Assembly: GCA_951406725.2 (NCBI GenBank)
Contig: OX597815.1
Location: 13,826,001-13,890,000, forward strand
DNA length: 64,000 nucleotides
Direction: 5' to 3'
Source of the DNA: Octopus vulgaris
Taxonomy: Eukaryota
Numbering within the stretch: position 1 is the stretch's first letter; each line of letters starts with the position of its first letter. The notes beneath the pieces were generated by a model that saw only the letters and a program-made list of their open reading frames with translations, was not told the DNA's origin and made no database searches. A program made the position numbers and the translations under genes. Shown piece after piece: positions 11,990 to 25,810 of this stretch.

Positions 11990-12760
11990 GCAAACCCTCA
12001 TGATATACATTTTCGTTCTTGCCTTCTGGAGCACAAATAAACAAATGATTTGGATTGCCAACTCTTGAACATCCTATATACATTTGGCCATTGGAAAAAA
12101 AACATATTCTCGAAGGTTTATGCCTACCATCTCCAAGGTCTTTCCCTGAACCTGTTTTATGTTCATTGCAAAATTTGTTTTACAGGAAATTGCAGTAGCT
12201 TGAGCTCAAATGGCATGTCAGAAGGATTCAGCGGGATACGTGTTATTAAGTAAAGCTCACCACATACTTTACCAGTGAGAATGGTCACCGCTATGATTCG
12301 TAGCATCATTTTCTTGATTGTAAGTCGTGTCCCATTGCAAAGTTTGACTGAGTCCTGGTTTCTTAGAAGCATTATTAGTGCGCACATATTGAGGTGCAAG
12401 TTGTGAAGTGAGAGGCCTCTGGATCCAGGCTATTCAAAAATTCAGAAGGATAATACACAACTTCATCGGAGTTGAGCACAGAGTCAATTGACGTGTAGCT
12501 GCAACTCTCACCATGAAGCTGGTCCAGGAGTTTCAAGTTCAAGTCATCCACTTCCACATTATTTGGCATTAAGATGGCACGTGTTCTCAACCAGATTTGG
12601 TATTTAAATTGAATCCCCAGGTTTGGAAACATTGTAACTACTAGTTTCTGTATATCCGATATAATGTGTCCAAAAAGGCAAACTAACCTGGTCACCCTCT
12701 CCACCAATTAGAGTGCCATTACCAACGGCCAATAGCTTCCGAGAGAAAGTTCCATCTTCC
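11990..12760 (-). pseudogene. Helitron RepHel PIF1-like helicase C-terminal remnant
   Basis: WLRTRAILMPNNVEVDDLN...YTSIDSV...YPSEFLNSLDP / IMLLRNQDSVKLCNGTRL...ILTGKVCGE...RIPLNPSDMPFELKLLQFPVK match Helitron helicase motifs. Frameshifts and stops present. Confidence 0.92.
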
Positions 12761-13839
12761 GAGAGAAAGTTCCAGCTTCCTCATCACCTCTGATCTACAC
12801 TGTACTCCTTTCCCCAGAAAGGAAATATTTTGCTGCTATTTCTAGCCCGCCCCGCTTCTACGTAACAGTAATATGCGATAACGGTGGGTCCTTTAGGGCA
12901 AATAGCTGTTACTTGGTAGCAGAGCGTACTAGAAAAAGGAACCAGATATTTCTTTTTTTTCTGGGGAAATATGCCGTTCACGCACGATTTCGATGTCAAT
13001 ACAAAAACTAATTCACTAAAGCGTTGGTGTTAAGTGATACTTAAAGATTAAAGAACAGAGTATTATAATACGCTCTTTCTGAAGGAAACATTCTTTCTCT
13101 CCCGGTCTGTCTATGTCTCTCGTTCTCTCTGCCTCTCACACTCCCCGTTTCGCTGTCTCTTCTTCTCTGCGCCCCTTCCTTGATGCTGGGGTTTATATTT
13201 TAATCAATTTTACCTAATCAGGGTTTGGAAGTTGGCATTTTCTGCATGATAGCTGTCTATCACAAAATGAAAGCGAAATAATTCCGTGGAGGATTTCTTA
13301 TTAAACAAATGAAAGCAAAGCTTGACGACGACCAAGGTTGTAAGGACTTCCGAAGTTTCAATAAGTTTTAATGAATAAATTGTTGGGGAACAGTCGAACA
13401 AACATGTAAATAATCAAGAAAGGAAAAAGATGTTCAAGGAAACATTTTTGCCAAAAAATGCCCGAATCTGTCCTAATCAAGGAGCCTATCTCTCGGCGAA
13501 GGCATGACCTAACATGGAATAAACAAAAAATGTATATAAGACATTATACTGTAAAAATTGCTCGTCAACGAAAAGTTATCCATCTATGGCAGAAAAACAA
13601 AAGACATATATAGGTGTTATTGTTTCAATACTTTGGTAAAGTTATACTAAATCTTATTTCGGGGATTTGATAACAAATATAAAAGCACTTTATCAAACAC
13701 TTGTTAATTTAACACCTGTTGTTGGACATACTTTAAAAGTTTTGACTGAGCATACGATAGTTAATTCACTAAAGCGCATGCGTTAAGTGATTGGTAAAGA
13801 TGAAAGGACAAAATATTAAAATACGCTCTTCCCGTAGTA

Positions 13840-14001
13840 TACGTTCTGAGTTCAAACTCCGTCGAGGTAGACTTTGCCTTTCATCCTTTCGGAGTCGATA
13901 AATAAATTACCAGTTACGCACAGGGGTCGATGTAATCGACTTAATCCCTTTGTCTGTCCTTGTTTGTCTATGTTTAGCCGCTTCTGGGCAATAAAGAAAT
14001 A
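13840..14001 (+). mobile_element. 5'-truncated SINE family B (Meta-like central domain), tail type 2, nested in the Helitron
   Basis: gttctgagttcaaactcc...gactttgcctttcatcctttcggagtcgataaat...; 20-bp TSD 13820-13839 / 14002-14021 (17/20 match). Confidence 0.85.
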
Positions 14002-15018
14002 AATGCACTCATCCCGTAGTAAATACATTCTCTCACCCTAGCTCTGTCCCCGTCTTTCGTTTTCTCTCTCTATCTCTCACATTCCCTGTCTCTCTTTCAC
14101 TATCTGTCTCCTCCTCTTCGCTGATATCTGCCACCCTCATTATGTTACTACATTTATCTCAACGGGCTGTTCGTGTGTGGGAGAAAGACATTATCTCTAG
14201 TGTTACTGTTTCTGTTCCTTATCTCTTTGTCTCTTCCTGTCTCCTCCCCTTTCCTGATATCCGTCAAACATCATTATGCCACCACATTTTCCTCTAAGGG
14301 CTCTCAAACTAACAGTTTCTGCACCCTTTTTTATTTTATCAGATAATAGGCCAAACCGCGATATTTATTGAAATTCAATTTGCCTATAATTGAACTGGAT
14401 GTTGGTTCAACACGTATGAAAAGTTTGGTGAAGATTGGTTCGCTAGATTAGGCAGAAAGATGGTAACAATGACGAATTGCCATCAATATGTAAGGTATAT
14501 ACACACACGCGCGCGCATACACGCACACATACACGTATATATGCATAAATATATATATTTACATATATGTATGCATATATTTTCAGTGACACACAGTGAC
14601 GTGTTCGTTTTCCTCCCGTGTATGTGTGTGAGAGTATGTTTGTGTGTAAATGTGTGCGATTTTCAATAGATATAATTCATAACAATATAAAATTTTAAAT
14701 ATTCTCAATTTCCATTTGGAAAAAGTTTATATTAAATGCCATTGAATTAATATATGATATACATTAATCTAAGTAAATTATAATTTATTTCATTATACAC
14801 GCTTAAAATCTCATCAAAAGTTTTGGGTTTTTTAAATTTTAATTGCATACATTAACGGTGACATAATAAACTTTGATATATTAACTCCGATGTAGATTCG
14901 TCACGTATAAATAACAATGCATATATTACGACGCGCACGTAGCGATGTATACAATGTCTTCGTAGCATAACTTATCAATGAAAGCATATCAAAATCAACG
15001 CACACACACACGCGCACG

Positions 15019-15068
<50 letters not shown>

Positions 15069-15550
15069 CGTATATATATACGTGTGTGTGTGCGTATGTG
15101 TGTTGATATGGGAACAATGATTAGATTGCACGATCGAATCTCCTGCGATGGGATCCCTTGTCGAGAATGCAAATTTCATTTAATTAAGGGATCTTTGGCT
15201 TGACAAGTAGCTAGCGGATTAACCCTCATTTGGGTAATTACTACTTCCGAGATTCTGCTAGACATGAAACATATGTAGCCTGGGTTTTATCAACTCCATT
15301 CACTAATTTTCGATTTTCATTCGCACACACAGAAACCCCATCTGCTAACTGTAAACTATAAAATAATTTTTTTTTCTGATTATCCAACTTCGAAATGCGG
15401 AAGATTTACAACCCTCAACGTCAATGAACCACTACCGCGCCTGAAAGTTGTTTGTATACCTACTAAGGACTATTCCAATCTTACTAACTTCTAATTCCTT
15501 GGATATTACCATTACATATTATATACATACATACATACCCGCATACATAC

Positions 15551-15613
<63 letters not shown>

Positions 15614-15763
15614 TATATATATATACATATATATACACTGTGTAGTAGGTGGAGTGGGTTTTGTGTACAGCGCAAGAGCTTCACTGTTAGTGAGGGAAAT
15701 CATACTTTCAATGCAGTTACATATCTAGCTTCGAATCGTCAATAATATTATCTCTCTCTCTCT

Positions 15764-15849
<86 letters not shown>

Positions 15850-15988
15850 ATGTATGTTTGTGTTACCTATTTTGACCCGCCGCGAAATCCCAAATTTTAT
15901 TTAATTTGCTTTGCGGGAGAAACTGTCTTATCGCAAGCGTATGTTGTTATCGAAAGCTACGCATTCTTCCAAGTAAGTTATATGTATG

Positions 15989-16059
<71 letters not shown>

Positions 16060-16062
<3 letters not shown>

Positions 16063-16725
16063 CACCTATCCCCTAGACACACACCGAGACTCAATTTTCA
16101 CATGGAAACGTACTGTTTCTGTTTATTAAATTAAGATAGCTGCTTCATCCATAAGAGACTTTGAAAAACATCTAATAATTATATTTTTCATGAAAGATCA
16201 GCTTTTCAAATGGAACCAACAGGTGGACGCTTTCATATGTCCTTCATAAAACAATCCTTCAACACCTCAATCAATTAGCCTCAATCAATTATCTTGTTTT
16301 TTTACTATTCATTATTTTCTATCAGCACTTCTTCATCAACACTCCTTCACTTCCACACTTAGTAACAAATCTCAACCCCATTCTAAAAATACCCTAATCT
16401 CTTGTATATAGTATCACACAGTGTGACAACCGCTACCGACGAATGCGAGAAATTTCTCCAGAAAAATTAACAAGGAATCTTTAAAAGATATCCCCATCGA
16501 AGTTAACAAAGAACTTACGAGATGCATGAACGAAAAAGTAAAATTACTATTGAAGCCTTCACATGGGCTCAACTCCTCTCTTCTCCTTTCTTTATCTGAC
16601 ACCTATTTCCTCCCTTCACTCTTACCCACCTCCTCTCTTCATTGATACCATTTCAAACTAATACACTGCTTTTTGTTCATACGCCTGTCTTCGTCTTTTG
16701 TTTTTCTGTAAATTTCAACTACTTT
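16060..16725 (+). mobile_element. Degenerate Penelope-like remnant (endonuclease end plus terminal repeat)
   Basis: Ends ...LKPSHGLN, resembling the P.GLN C-terminus of Penelope GIY-YIG, followed by a pyrimidine-rich terminal-repeat-like tract. Starts at (TA)n. Confidence 0.35.
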
Positions 16726-16729
16726 CCTC

Positions 16730-17500
16730 AATAATTGTGCTACATCGTCATAAAACTGTGCTATAGATTCATCAGAATGAGATATTGTTGGTGCATAGAT
16801 GCTGACAACGGTAAGAAACCTACATGTTGTCAGGTTTATGCGGCATGATATGGATCGTTCAGTTATACCACTTGGAATTTCTGCAATGGAGAGGGCTTAT
16901 GAATTTTTGGAAGCGAACCCAACACCAGATTCTACACTGACCATCAGGTAAGCCTCTCCAGAAGATTATATCCATAAGTAAGTTCTATTATTTGACCCTC
17001 ACCAGACAGACGACTTTTAGAGAACGCAGCTATATTAAGGGAACACTTTTTAAGCTCACATGCAATAAGTGCAGTACGCTTTTCCGGTCTCATGTTGAAA
17101 TTATCATCAAAAAGTGTACGCACATTCTAACAGCCAAAATTCAAGGAATGACCTTAGTAGCACGATGACGACCAAGCTAGACCTGTTCCTTTGGGATTTC
17201 CAAGCCTTTTTTGTCATTTGCTGAATCTGTTTGCGATATTTTAGAGTAAGTTACAAGTGCATTTTTAGTTTTCTGCCAAACAAATCAAAGATTTCGCTAT
17301 GATTTTGCGTACAAGATAAATGATTTCCAGAGAGTGTAGCTTGCGCTGCACTACCCCCAACTATTGGCTCAAGAATACTCCCTAGACCTCAGGCTTTATT
17401 TTGGAAATTCCCTTCTCCTAGGTGGATTATCAACCAAGGTTAAAGAGCTTCTACCTGCCGATGAGTTAAGCTACCCCGTCCCAAACCACCAAACAACAAC
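16730..17500 (-). mobile_element. RTE-clade LINE, 5' UTR plus AP-endonuclease N-terminus, 3'-truncated
   Basis: GC*NVRTLFDDNFNMRPEKRTALIACELKKCSLNIAAFSKSRLSGEGQI...TVVSIYAPTISHSDESIAQFYDD. Upstream RTE-type UTR motif ccttggttgataatccacctaggagaagggaa. Confidence 0.85.
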
Positions 17501-17589
17501 CAAGCGCTCTTTCAAGTGACCAAATATCATTCCGATGTCCGAAACGGAGAAGTTCGTTCATACACAAAAAGGGAAATGTAAGACACGTA

Positions 17590-17610
17590 ATTTAAAATAT
17601 AAATATGATT

Positions 17611-17659
<49 letters not shown>

Positions 17660-17719
17660 ATATATATATATATACATAAATACATATATATGTATGTATA
17701 TATATATATATATACATAA

Positions 17720-17773
<54 letters not shown>

Positions 17774-17800
17774 CGTGTGTGTGTATGTGCGTGCCTGTAT
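17590..17800. repeat. (TA)n-rich compound microsatellite
   Basis: Direct inspection. Confidence 0.9.
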
Positions 17801-19834
17801 GTATGTTTGAGTGTCTGTGATTTTATATATGTACATCTGTCTACGTATATATGTATGGATGTGTACATTACTGAATTCGTAAAAAGAAATTATATCTTGC
17901 GAGGAATCTATTCAAATAACTGCAACCACCAAACAAATATACCCGCATACATAGACATGTTGCATGCACATACATACGCATACAACATGTCTATGTATAC
18001 GGTTGTTTTTTGTGTGTATCTATGTCCGTGTGTGTATGTATGTGTGTCTGTGTATAAATATATAAAGTTTGTATTATGCGTCTACCTGTATGCATATAGG
18101 TGCGGAGTCGAGTTTTTATGATTTTACAGTTCCATAATTTTCACTTGTCATTTGTTATTACAGAAATTTATAATTCCAAGATTTATGTGTTTATTAAAAT
18201 TACATTTATTTTTATTTCTAATATTTATGCATACAGAAATGCATATACAGAGTGCTTGTACACTATTATATATTAATTTATACATATTTCTCTGCTTCGT
18301 ATTTTTGTGTATTTATATATTCGTAATTTACGCATTCGGCAGTAATAATTTTTATATGTTATTCTCATAGATTTTTCTTTCAAGTAGATTATATCTATTC
18401 GAATTTCTAGGTGTGTGTATGCATGTGTATGTGAATGAGGCAAAACATTCTTTATTTATATCTATTTATCTTTTATGTATACATAAACGCACACATACAT
18501 ATACATGGGTGTTTACGTACATATATAGACATGTACATGTATATGTATGTATAAAAATGTCTATAGCACGCGTATATGTGTATGTGTATGTGAGTGCGTG
18601 TGTGTGCGTGAGAGAGAGATGGGGAGAGAGAAAGCGAGAGAGTGTGTGTGTATGTGTGAGTGTGTATATTGTGTGAGTATATGTATATATTATACTTGAT
18701 TAAATATCCTAAGAGAATACGCGAAATTACTAAAATTCTTAAACACATAATTATTTACATTGGGTAATATATTTTCTAATTTTATTTAACATTGCAGCTT
18801 TTATATAGAACATATAATGCAGGTATTTTCATCCTTGTGAGAATTATTCTAAATGCATACGTGTTTAAATACGCATTTTTGTGAACCACTAATTTCGGGA
18901 ACCTTTTCTCTTATATCATATCCTTTTGTGGGGCCAACGAAAAGTTAAGTAACTTTGGTATTGTCTGTGAGAAAAAAAAATATTAAGGATATACATAAAA
19001 ATATACATTGAGCTTGCCTACATTTGAAGTTGCTCCAAATACTTTGTTTTTAAGGACAGTTTATATAAGATTATCATCACGGATGCACCTATCTTTTATA
19101 AGAAAGCTGTCCGTGATTAGAAAGTTGGTAATTGTGATCAATCATCGTAGATTTTTCTTGTCGGTTCATAAACATCAATATAGTATTCTTTGAAGATTTA
19201 CGAGAGCAAATTCTACATCTGATTCCTAAGAAACTAATCTTTGATTCTATGGACGCAGAATACGTAGAAAGGTAGCCGCGGAGACCATAAAGAAGGAGAT
19301 TATAACAGAGTACGAAGTAAGTTAGCCGAGGAGATTATAAGTATTATCAGTGCAGAAAAGAATTTAGTACTGTACACTTAAACAGAAGTGAAACTAGTTA
19401 TGGTAATTACCAGTGTTATGTGAATTTAATAATAACTGGTTTACGATATGAAATAATGATGGCGGGGAAAAACTTAAGATAAAATGCTATACTTTTATTC
19501 CCAGTTGTTTCTTGGGTAGTCTTGGTTTACCACAATTTAATAACTTATGATATTGACACAAGATAAATCATCATTCCACTTGCGTTAAATCTCAAACGTA
19601 AAAAAATAATCTCAGAAAAGGAGAGAAAGAACGGGAGAGAGATAGAGAGTGAGAGAGAGAGGTGGAGGGTAGAGGTGAGAGTAACACCTCATGTTTCTCA
19701 AGTACTTGTTATACAATATGTTGCTTTGAAGACTTGGGGATTTTAACGTAAATGATAGTCATACGTAATAATGATACAAGCACCACACGCGCACACACAC
19801 ATACACTGGCCCGCATTTTCATATATCAAAAGGA

Positions 19835-19966
19835 TATCAGCAGCGTATGAAAGACAAATAGTAGAAGTGTGTGTGTGTGTGTATGTGTATGTGTGTGGTT
19901 TAGGCTGTGTTACCTATTTTGACCCGCCGCAAAATCCCAAATTTATGTATATATATATATATATAC

Positions 19967-20035
<69 letters not shown>

Positions 20036-20132
20036 TATATAGAAGTGTGTGTGTGTATGTGTATGTGTGTAGTTTAGGCTGAGAGGCCCTTGTTTGTGTT
20101 ACCTATTTTGACCCGCCGCAAAATCCCAAATT

Positions 20133-20222
<90 letters not shown>

Positions 20223-20372
20223 TAGAAGTGTGTGTGTGTGCGTATGTGTATGTGTGTGGTTTAGGCTGAGAGGCCCTTATTTGTGTTACCTATTTTGACC
20301 CGCCGCAAAATCCCAAATATATGTATATATAGTAGACAAATATCAGCAGCGTATGAGAGACAAATAGTAGAA
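19835..20372. repeat. Three-copy ~180-bp minisatellite with embedded (TG)n/(TA)n
   Basis: Units start at about 19863, 20041 and 20224, each with tgtgttacctattttgacccgccgcaaaatcccaaat. Bracketed by tatcagcagcgtatga(a/g)agacaaatagtagaa at 19835 and 20341. Confidence 0.9.
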
Positions 20373-22559
20373 TTATGTAGTGATTCGCTTATATGATGTG
20401 TGAATCAGATGAACTCGTACACACATATTTCATTTGTAACTTACTAGATTGATCACCAAGAAGAGACGCCACCACATCGAAAATAGAATCCGTTGCTGCA
20501 TTGTGTGCACCAATTTGTTAGATTGGAAATTACTGCTTTGTTCCTGCAAAAAGATTTTCGCATTGTGAGTTGTTTCAAATTTACAGTTTTTCGTGATAAT
20601 ATTTCCCATGATTGACCCAGATCAACCATAATTTCATTAAACATTTCGATATTACTACCACTTGGAAATTAAATATCATTTGGAAAAAAAAATATTACGC
20701 GAACCAATCAATTGATTAGTCCCGTGTGTAGAAGGTTAGATACAAAAGAAACAACTTTAGTTGGGTCTTTACTGTAGATAGCTTTTTATATGGAATGACA
20801 TTACACCAAAATTCGGAAACCCAAAGCTGTATCACATTTTTAGTAGTTTCCTAGAAATAAGCGTCGTTTATCTTACCTACTTTTGCATGCCATTTTAAGA
20901 GGAACCGGAATTCATAATTATCATCTATCAATTATTCTCTAAACATAGATTATATAATGAACATTAATACAAAACAATTTTTTGATGCATTTGTTTGAAC
21001 ACTACGAATAGTCATAATATTTCGTATTGACCTTTTCCACTGCTCTATATTACTTTGAATAATAATTTTATATAATTTTTACACTAGCTTTTTTGTCTTT
21101 TGCTTTAAACTGATCTTTTATATTACTTTCAATAACAATTGTCCGACGAGTAGATTGGGCCACGTATATACACTGCACGTAAGAAATGTCAGAACAATCT
21201 CCTAAATACATATAAACGCAATTACTATACAGTTGTTAAGTTCTGTACGCAGCCACTGGAATTTGACGCTTGTGTTCTACACATTAATTAATTAGTTGTA
21301 AAGTTGTAAAAGCTTAAAGAGATTAGCTCACAGGAGAACAAAATGAAAGGAGAGACGAAGCAAAAGGGAAATATAAATAAGGAGAATTTTAAATAAGAGA
21401 ACTGTGTCTGAAGAGTAGAGACGAATGACTAAATGCAGGAAATAGAAACAAAATCGATAAAATTCAAGTCAAAAGATAAAAATTGTACTGAGTTTATGGA
21501 ACTAGCGGTTATTAAATATTACAATACACCGACCAATATATTGTTTCCATGCAAAATAAAGTGTACATGAGTACGGATTATCTATATAATCGCCCATGCA
21601 AAGCATACACTTGCTTATCAAGAAGTACAATGCTTTTTGGTGTTCAGAGCATGGAGAGTAAACTGCTAAGTTCAGTTTCAATGTAAAAGCTAAGATAAGA
21701 ATAGCAAGTGAAATGTAATTTTCGCATTATTAAGTTAGGAGTTATTAGCATATATGGGTTTTGATGAAGAACTTGCAAATGTAGAATTTATGCACATTTG
21801 GCTCCTGAGTTGACAATATGCAAGTGTTACTACAGTCACATTTCAATCATGTTTCGAATCTCATAAGGTAATTATTTTTTTATAACCATATACGTTTCAA
21901 TTTCCATAAATACGTATTATCTTCACTCTTAATTGTTGAAATTAACCCTGGGAAGAATTAACTTACAATAGTACAAGTCAGTAGTTCGTACCAAAGGTGA
22001 TGGAATCTCCATGAAAAATTCTACATTTAGAAAATACTTCCTCACAAAATGGAGTTAAGTTTACAGAAACTGACTTAAATTTGAAAAAATGCAATACGTG
22101 TGCGGAATGTGGAGAAAATGCAAATTTTAAGCTTCGTAGAGAAAATAGATATTGAATATATCCATGAATATTGAAGGGAAACATTTAATATGCTATATTA
22201 AAAGTTCACTGTCCTTCTCACTATCAGAATGAATAGCTATGTCATCGTTCTGATTCTCGCTGTTAACAAGTTATTGTCAAATGGCAGATATCAGCACGCA
22301 TCAATAAATAATTTGTTTTCTGAATTTATAATCAAGGGCGAGAAATTTTTATTTCATTCACTAGGCTAGGGTAGCATTGGCTGCAAGCAGAAAACGATGT
22401 AGAAATACTGGATGTCTTTAATCCTCTTATGCTCATGAATCGGCTAAGTTACGAATACATATTCGTCTGTAGGCAGATGTGTTTTTTTTTTCAATTACAA
22501 AATAGAGAAGTGATTAGCCTGTTTACGTTGGAATCTAGAGGAATGCATTAAAAATGAAT

Positions 22560-24520
22560 ATGAAAGTCATTGACTTGATTATCTCTTTTCACCGTTCACA
22601 TGGACATTTATTACAGGACATCTTCCATCTAATATAACATTCATAAGTATATGCACTGATATTAATTATCAAATTGTGAAGTCATATAATTGAGCTTTGG
22701 ACTGGAGCTTCTACTGTAAAGGAATGACACATAACAATGGGTTCCTTGTATTCGGTCGGACTGACTATGCTGCTGAGTTTATTTCTCATTTCCAAACATT
22801 CTAAGTTAATTTCTAGGTTAGTGGAAGGTCTATACGTTGATGATTTTCTTCTAATACTTCGTAATTATTCCCCGTTTCGCTTTCAAAGTGTTAGGAAGCA
22901 ATTACATATTTTCCGAAATTTTAATTTAGCCATCACGCTCGAAAAATCTATATCAGTGAATTTTTTGGATGTTACGTTAAATCTAGTCTGTAATTCATTT
23001 AACTTATAATATGAACAAAGTGAAAATTTATAGTATATATACAGATTATCAAGTCATACACATTAAGATCAGAATAGCTGCTTTATGGAGAATATTTCCA
23101 TAAGAGCCTGAAAATAACGCAAAATATTATAATGAATCTCTTAAACGCTTTCATATTATGGGAATTAGTAACTAAATAGCAATAATATGTGTCCTAAAAA
23201 CAGGTTGACACAAATACTCTTTATTGAATTACTTGTAATATCTCTATTGATCCATAAGCAAAGTACAGCGCCTCTGTCACAAAAAATAAAAGCGCTTTTA
23301 ATAAATAGAATACTAACATATCAATCGCTAAAAACTTTATCGCCGCGGAATTTATGATTTATACTAAGACATAGAGCTCTGCAACATATACATATTGTAA
23401 CATCAGAAGTTAGGTTAGAAACGAGGAATATACTGAGATAATATACCTTTTGCCAATGATATTTAAACATATGTCCCACTAATTGTATCCTGTCTCTAGA
23501 AAGGAATTTCACACTTAACTATAAATATCTTAAATATTTAATAGGAAAATATTTGAGCTGTCGTATTAAAATAACCCACTATCGTTGCTTCAGATAGCTA
23601 ATAAAAGATTTTATAGAAGGACACTGCTACACTTCAAAGAGAATGGTTTGGATTTTTAAAAGCAAAATGTCGGTCTTTAATTCTCTGAAATATCAGTGCA
23701 TGGGGTGGCCATGTAACTGGGGCTTGTAAGGAAGATGCATGGTTTTTTATAGTATTACAGAGAATCTAACCCGTATTTAAACCAACACTAAGTGAAATAT
23801 TAAATTATGAAAACAAATTTATTCTTTGGTAACACCTAAATTACACACTACTGATGGTAGAATGTAGTATAAATTACACTCATTCCCCGAGTAAGAGACA
23901 ACAGTTCTAATCGTAGTTCTAATAAATACTGTCCTTTAGATGGTGACTGAGATTGTATTCTACAATGTTAGTTAGAGGATTTATAATAATACTCAGTTAG
24001 ACCAGAGCTACATGTAATCCGGACAAAAAAGGAATTTATGTCCGTAAGGACCCTTTTTTTTAATAGAAAATTAGTATTATCCACATTACTGACAGAACAT
24101 ATTTCTAATATGATATCCAGGAATATACGGTATCATACTAACTTCTCGAATTGTAGCTTCAACCAAACAATACCAAGTCAATAGATCTCCTAGAAGACTC
24201 TGTTTACTTCGTTCAAAAATATTTCATTAATTAACAGAATTAAAGAAAAACAATATGTTTAGTGCCGATTGTTAACATTAATATAAATTTACATCCTAAC
24301 ATTATCTTCTGGGAAATGGTTGACGCTTCTGTACACAATATAAATGAACCTTTTATTTCATGTCCTTCTCTGGTCTCACAACCATATAATACACTACACC
24401 AACTGAACACTAAAAGAAAGAAATTATTGCCATATGAATTTTGTATTATAACGACTACGTTGCATAAAACCTTCGACTCTAACATTTGCCCTTTAATAAT
24501 GCTTTTAATTAGCATATCAA
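22560..24520 (+). mobile_element. Degenerate Penelope-like retroelement (RT to GIY-YIG region)
   Basis: MGS...EGLYVDDFLLI...VNFLDVTLNL (22737-23009), IFNRKIFELSY (about 23535), TCN..KKE.CP (about 24010), I.WEMVD...LNTKR (24300-24420), in the expected order for a Penelope ORF. Confidence 0.7.
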
Positions 24521-24689
24521 TTTGTCATTAACCAGAACAACAAACTAATATGAGACTATCATCCATAATTCGAAAATTGTCGAACACTGTGCGCATCTAT
24601 AATACCGCCTCTATTTATTTCCCAGGTACTTTTTCCCCTTTCCAGTGCCCAATCTACTTTTGGTGTTTCTAGATTTATATAAGTTAATT

Positions 24690-25722
24690 GATGTTTTTTT
24701 CAATTGTACCGATCTCTCAAAATTTATACATCGACTCACATTGCTTGGCATTGTTTGAAGAATCTGAATTAGTACTTCGGCTTAAGAAACATATATGTAA
24801 TAACTTGAATCCGAAGGAAAAGGATTAAGCCTCCAAAGACATACATGGTGGCATATTTGCTATCTTAGGGGATGACGATCCAGATTTATGGACAGTGCAA
24901 AATTCGCGGTCGAATTTATGAGAGGAAGGGTGTATCTTGAAGATGAAACAATGTCTGGACGGCTTACAAGGTCTGTCGCCACTGAGGAAAACTTTCATCT
25001 TGTCACCACAGAGTGGTGAATGACAGGCAACTAACTAGAAATCGAATTGCTAATGCTAATATCATATTCTGTGAGACATGAGAGAATATTCTGCTCAATA
25101 AATATCGCGTGACGGAGGTATCTGCTCGGCTGGTGCTACGTCATCCGATACAGACTGGTCACATCACTGCGAAGTCTGTCATTGTTTGAGGCAGATACAG
25201 CTGGTTCCCTTGAACTCTTCGTAAACCAGAATGAGTGTCATTGGGTTCCCTATATTGATCCAGAGACAATCCATACAGTCAAGATCGTTAATGTGCAGGA
25301 AGGTAACAGCATCGGTTTGGGGGGATGCAACGGGAATTCGGTTCATTGATTATCTTCAAAGGGCCGCACCATCAATGGAGATTACTATATCACCGCACTG
25401 AGGCAGTTACGATAGGCTATCGAGACGAAAAAACCCCGGAAAACTGACGAAAGGGGGTCTTGTTGCATTTGGACAATGCTCTTGCACAAAAGCCATCGGT
25501 TTTAACATCTCTGGCTTGAAACCGGTCGCTCATCTTCTCTGCGATCTTGATTCACCCCCATTTGAATATCATCTGTTCCTTCAATATGAAACAAACAAAA
25601 AACCCTCACTTGCAACCAATTTCGTAGGGATGATGACGCATATCTTGAAAGATAAACCTCATTTGTCCACATTCCATAAGAGTATCTTGTTCAGCCTATG
25701 AAATTTTCCACCGATACTCGTA
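24690..25722 (+). mobile_element. Degenerate mariner (Tc1/mariner, irritans-like) transposon
   Basis: KDIH...LGDD...EFMRGRVYLEDE.MSGR (HTH), WVPYIDPET, AGKV.AS, IDYLQ, GVLLHLDNA, EYHLF. 3' TIR-like ...aattttccaccgatactcgTA. Confidence 0.85.
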
Positions 25723-25810
25723 TGTATCTTCAGATCCGTGTATTTACTTAAATCTATTTCATCATTCTCCCAGTCTATGATCACTCATCATTAATATTTG
25801 GTCTTTCTAA

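Larger units (their letters stand above)
11727..14495 (-). mobile_element. Internally deleted Helitron
   Basis: 3' end ...ccgagtattgcagggtaattcagCTAG|T at 11727 abuts (TA)n. Contains a PIF1-like helicase remnant and internal direct repeats (13010-13150 vs 13762-14090; 14095-14170 vs 14230-14300). 5' boundary approximate. Confidence 0.75.

Noticed and set aside
12163-12707. Host PIF1 helicase gene
   Set aside because: Intronless, frameshifted and next to a Helitron CTAG terminus, so transposon-derived.
19835-20372. CRISPR-like repeat-spacer appearance
   Set aside because: The intervening sequences are themselves repeated microsatellites, the context is eukaryotic, and no cas genes are present.
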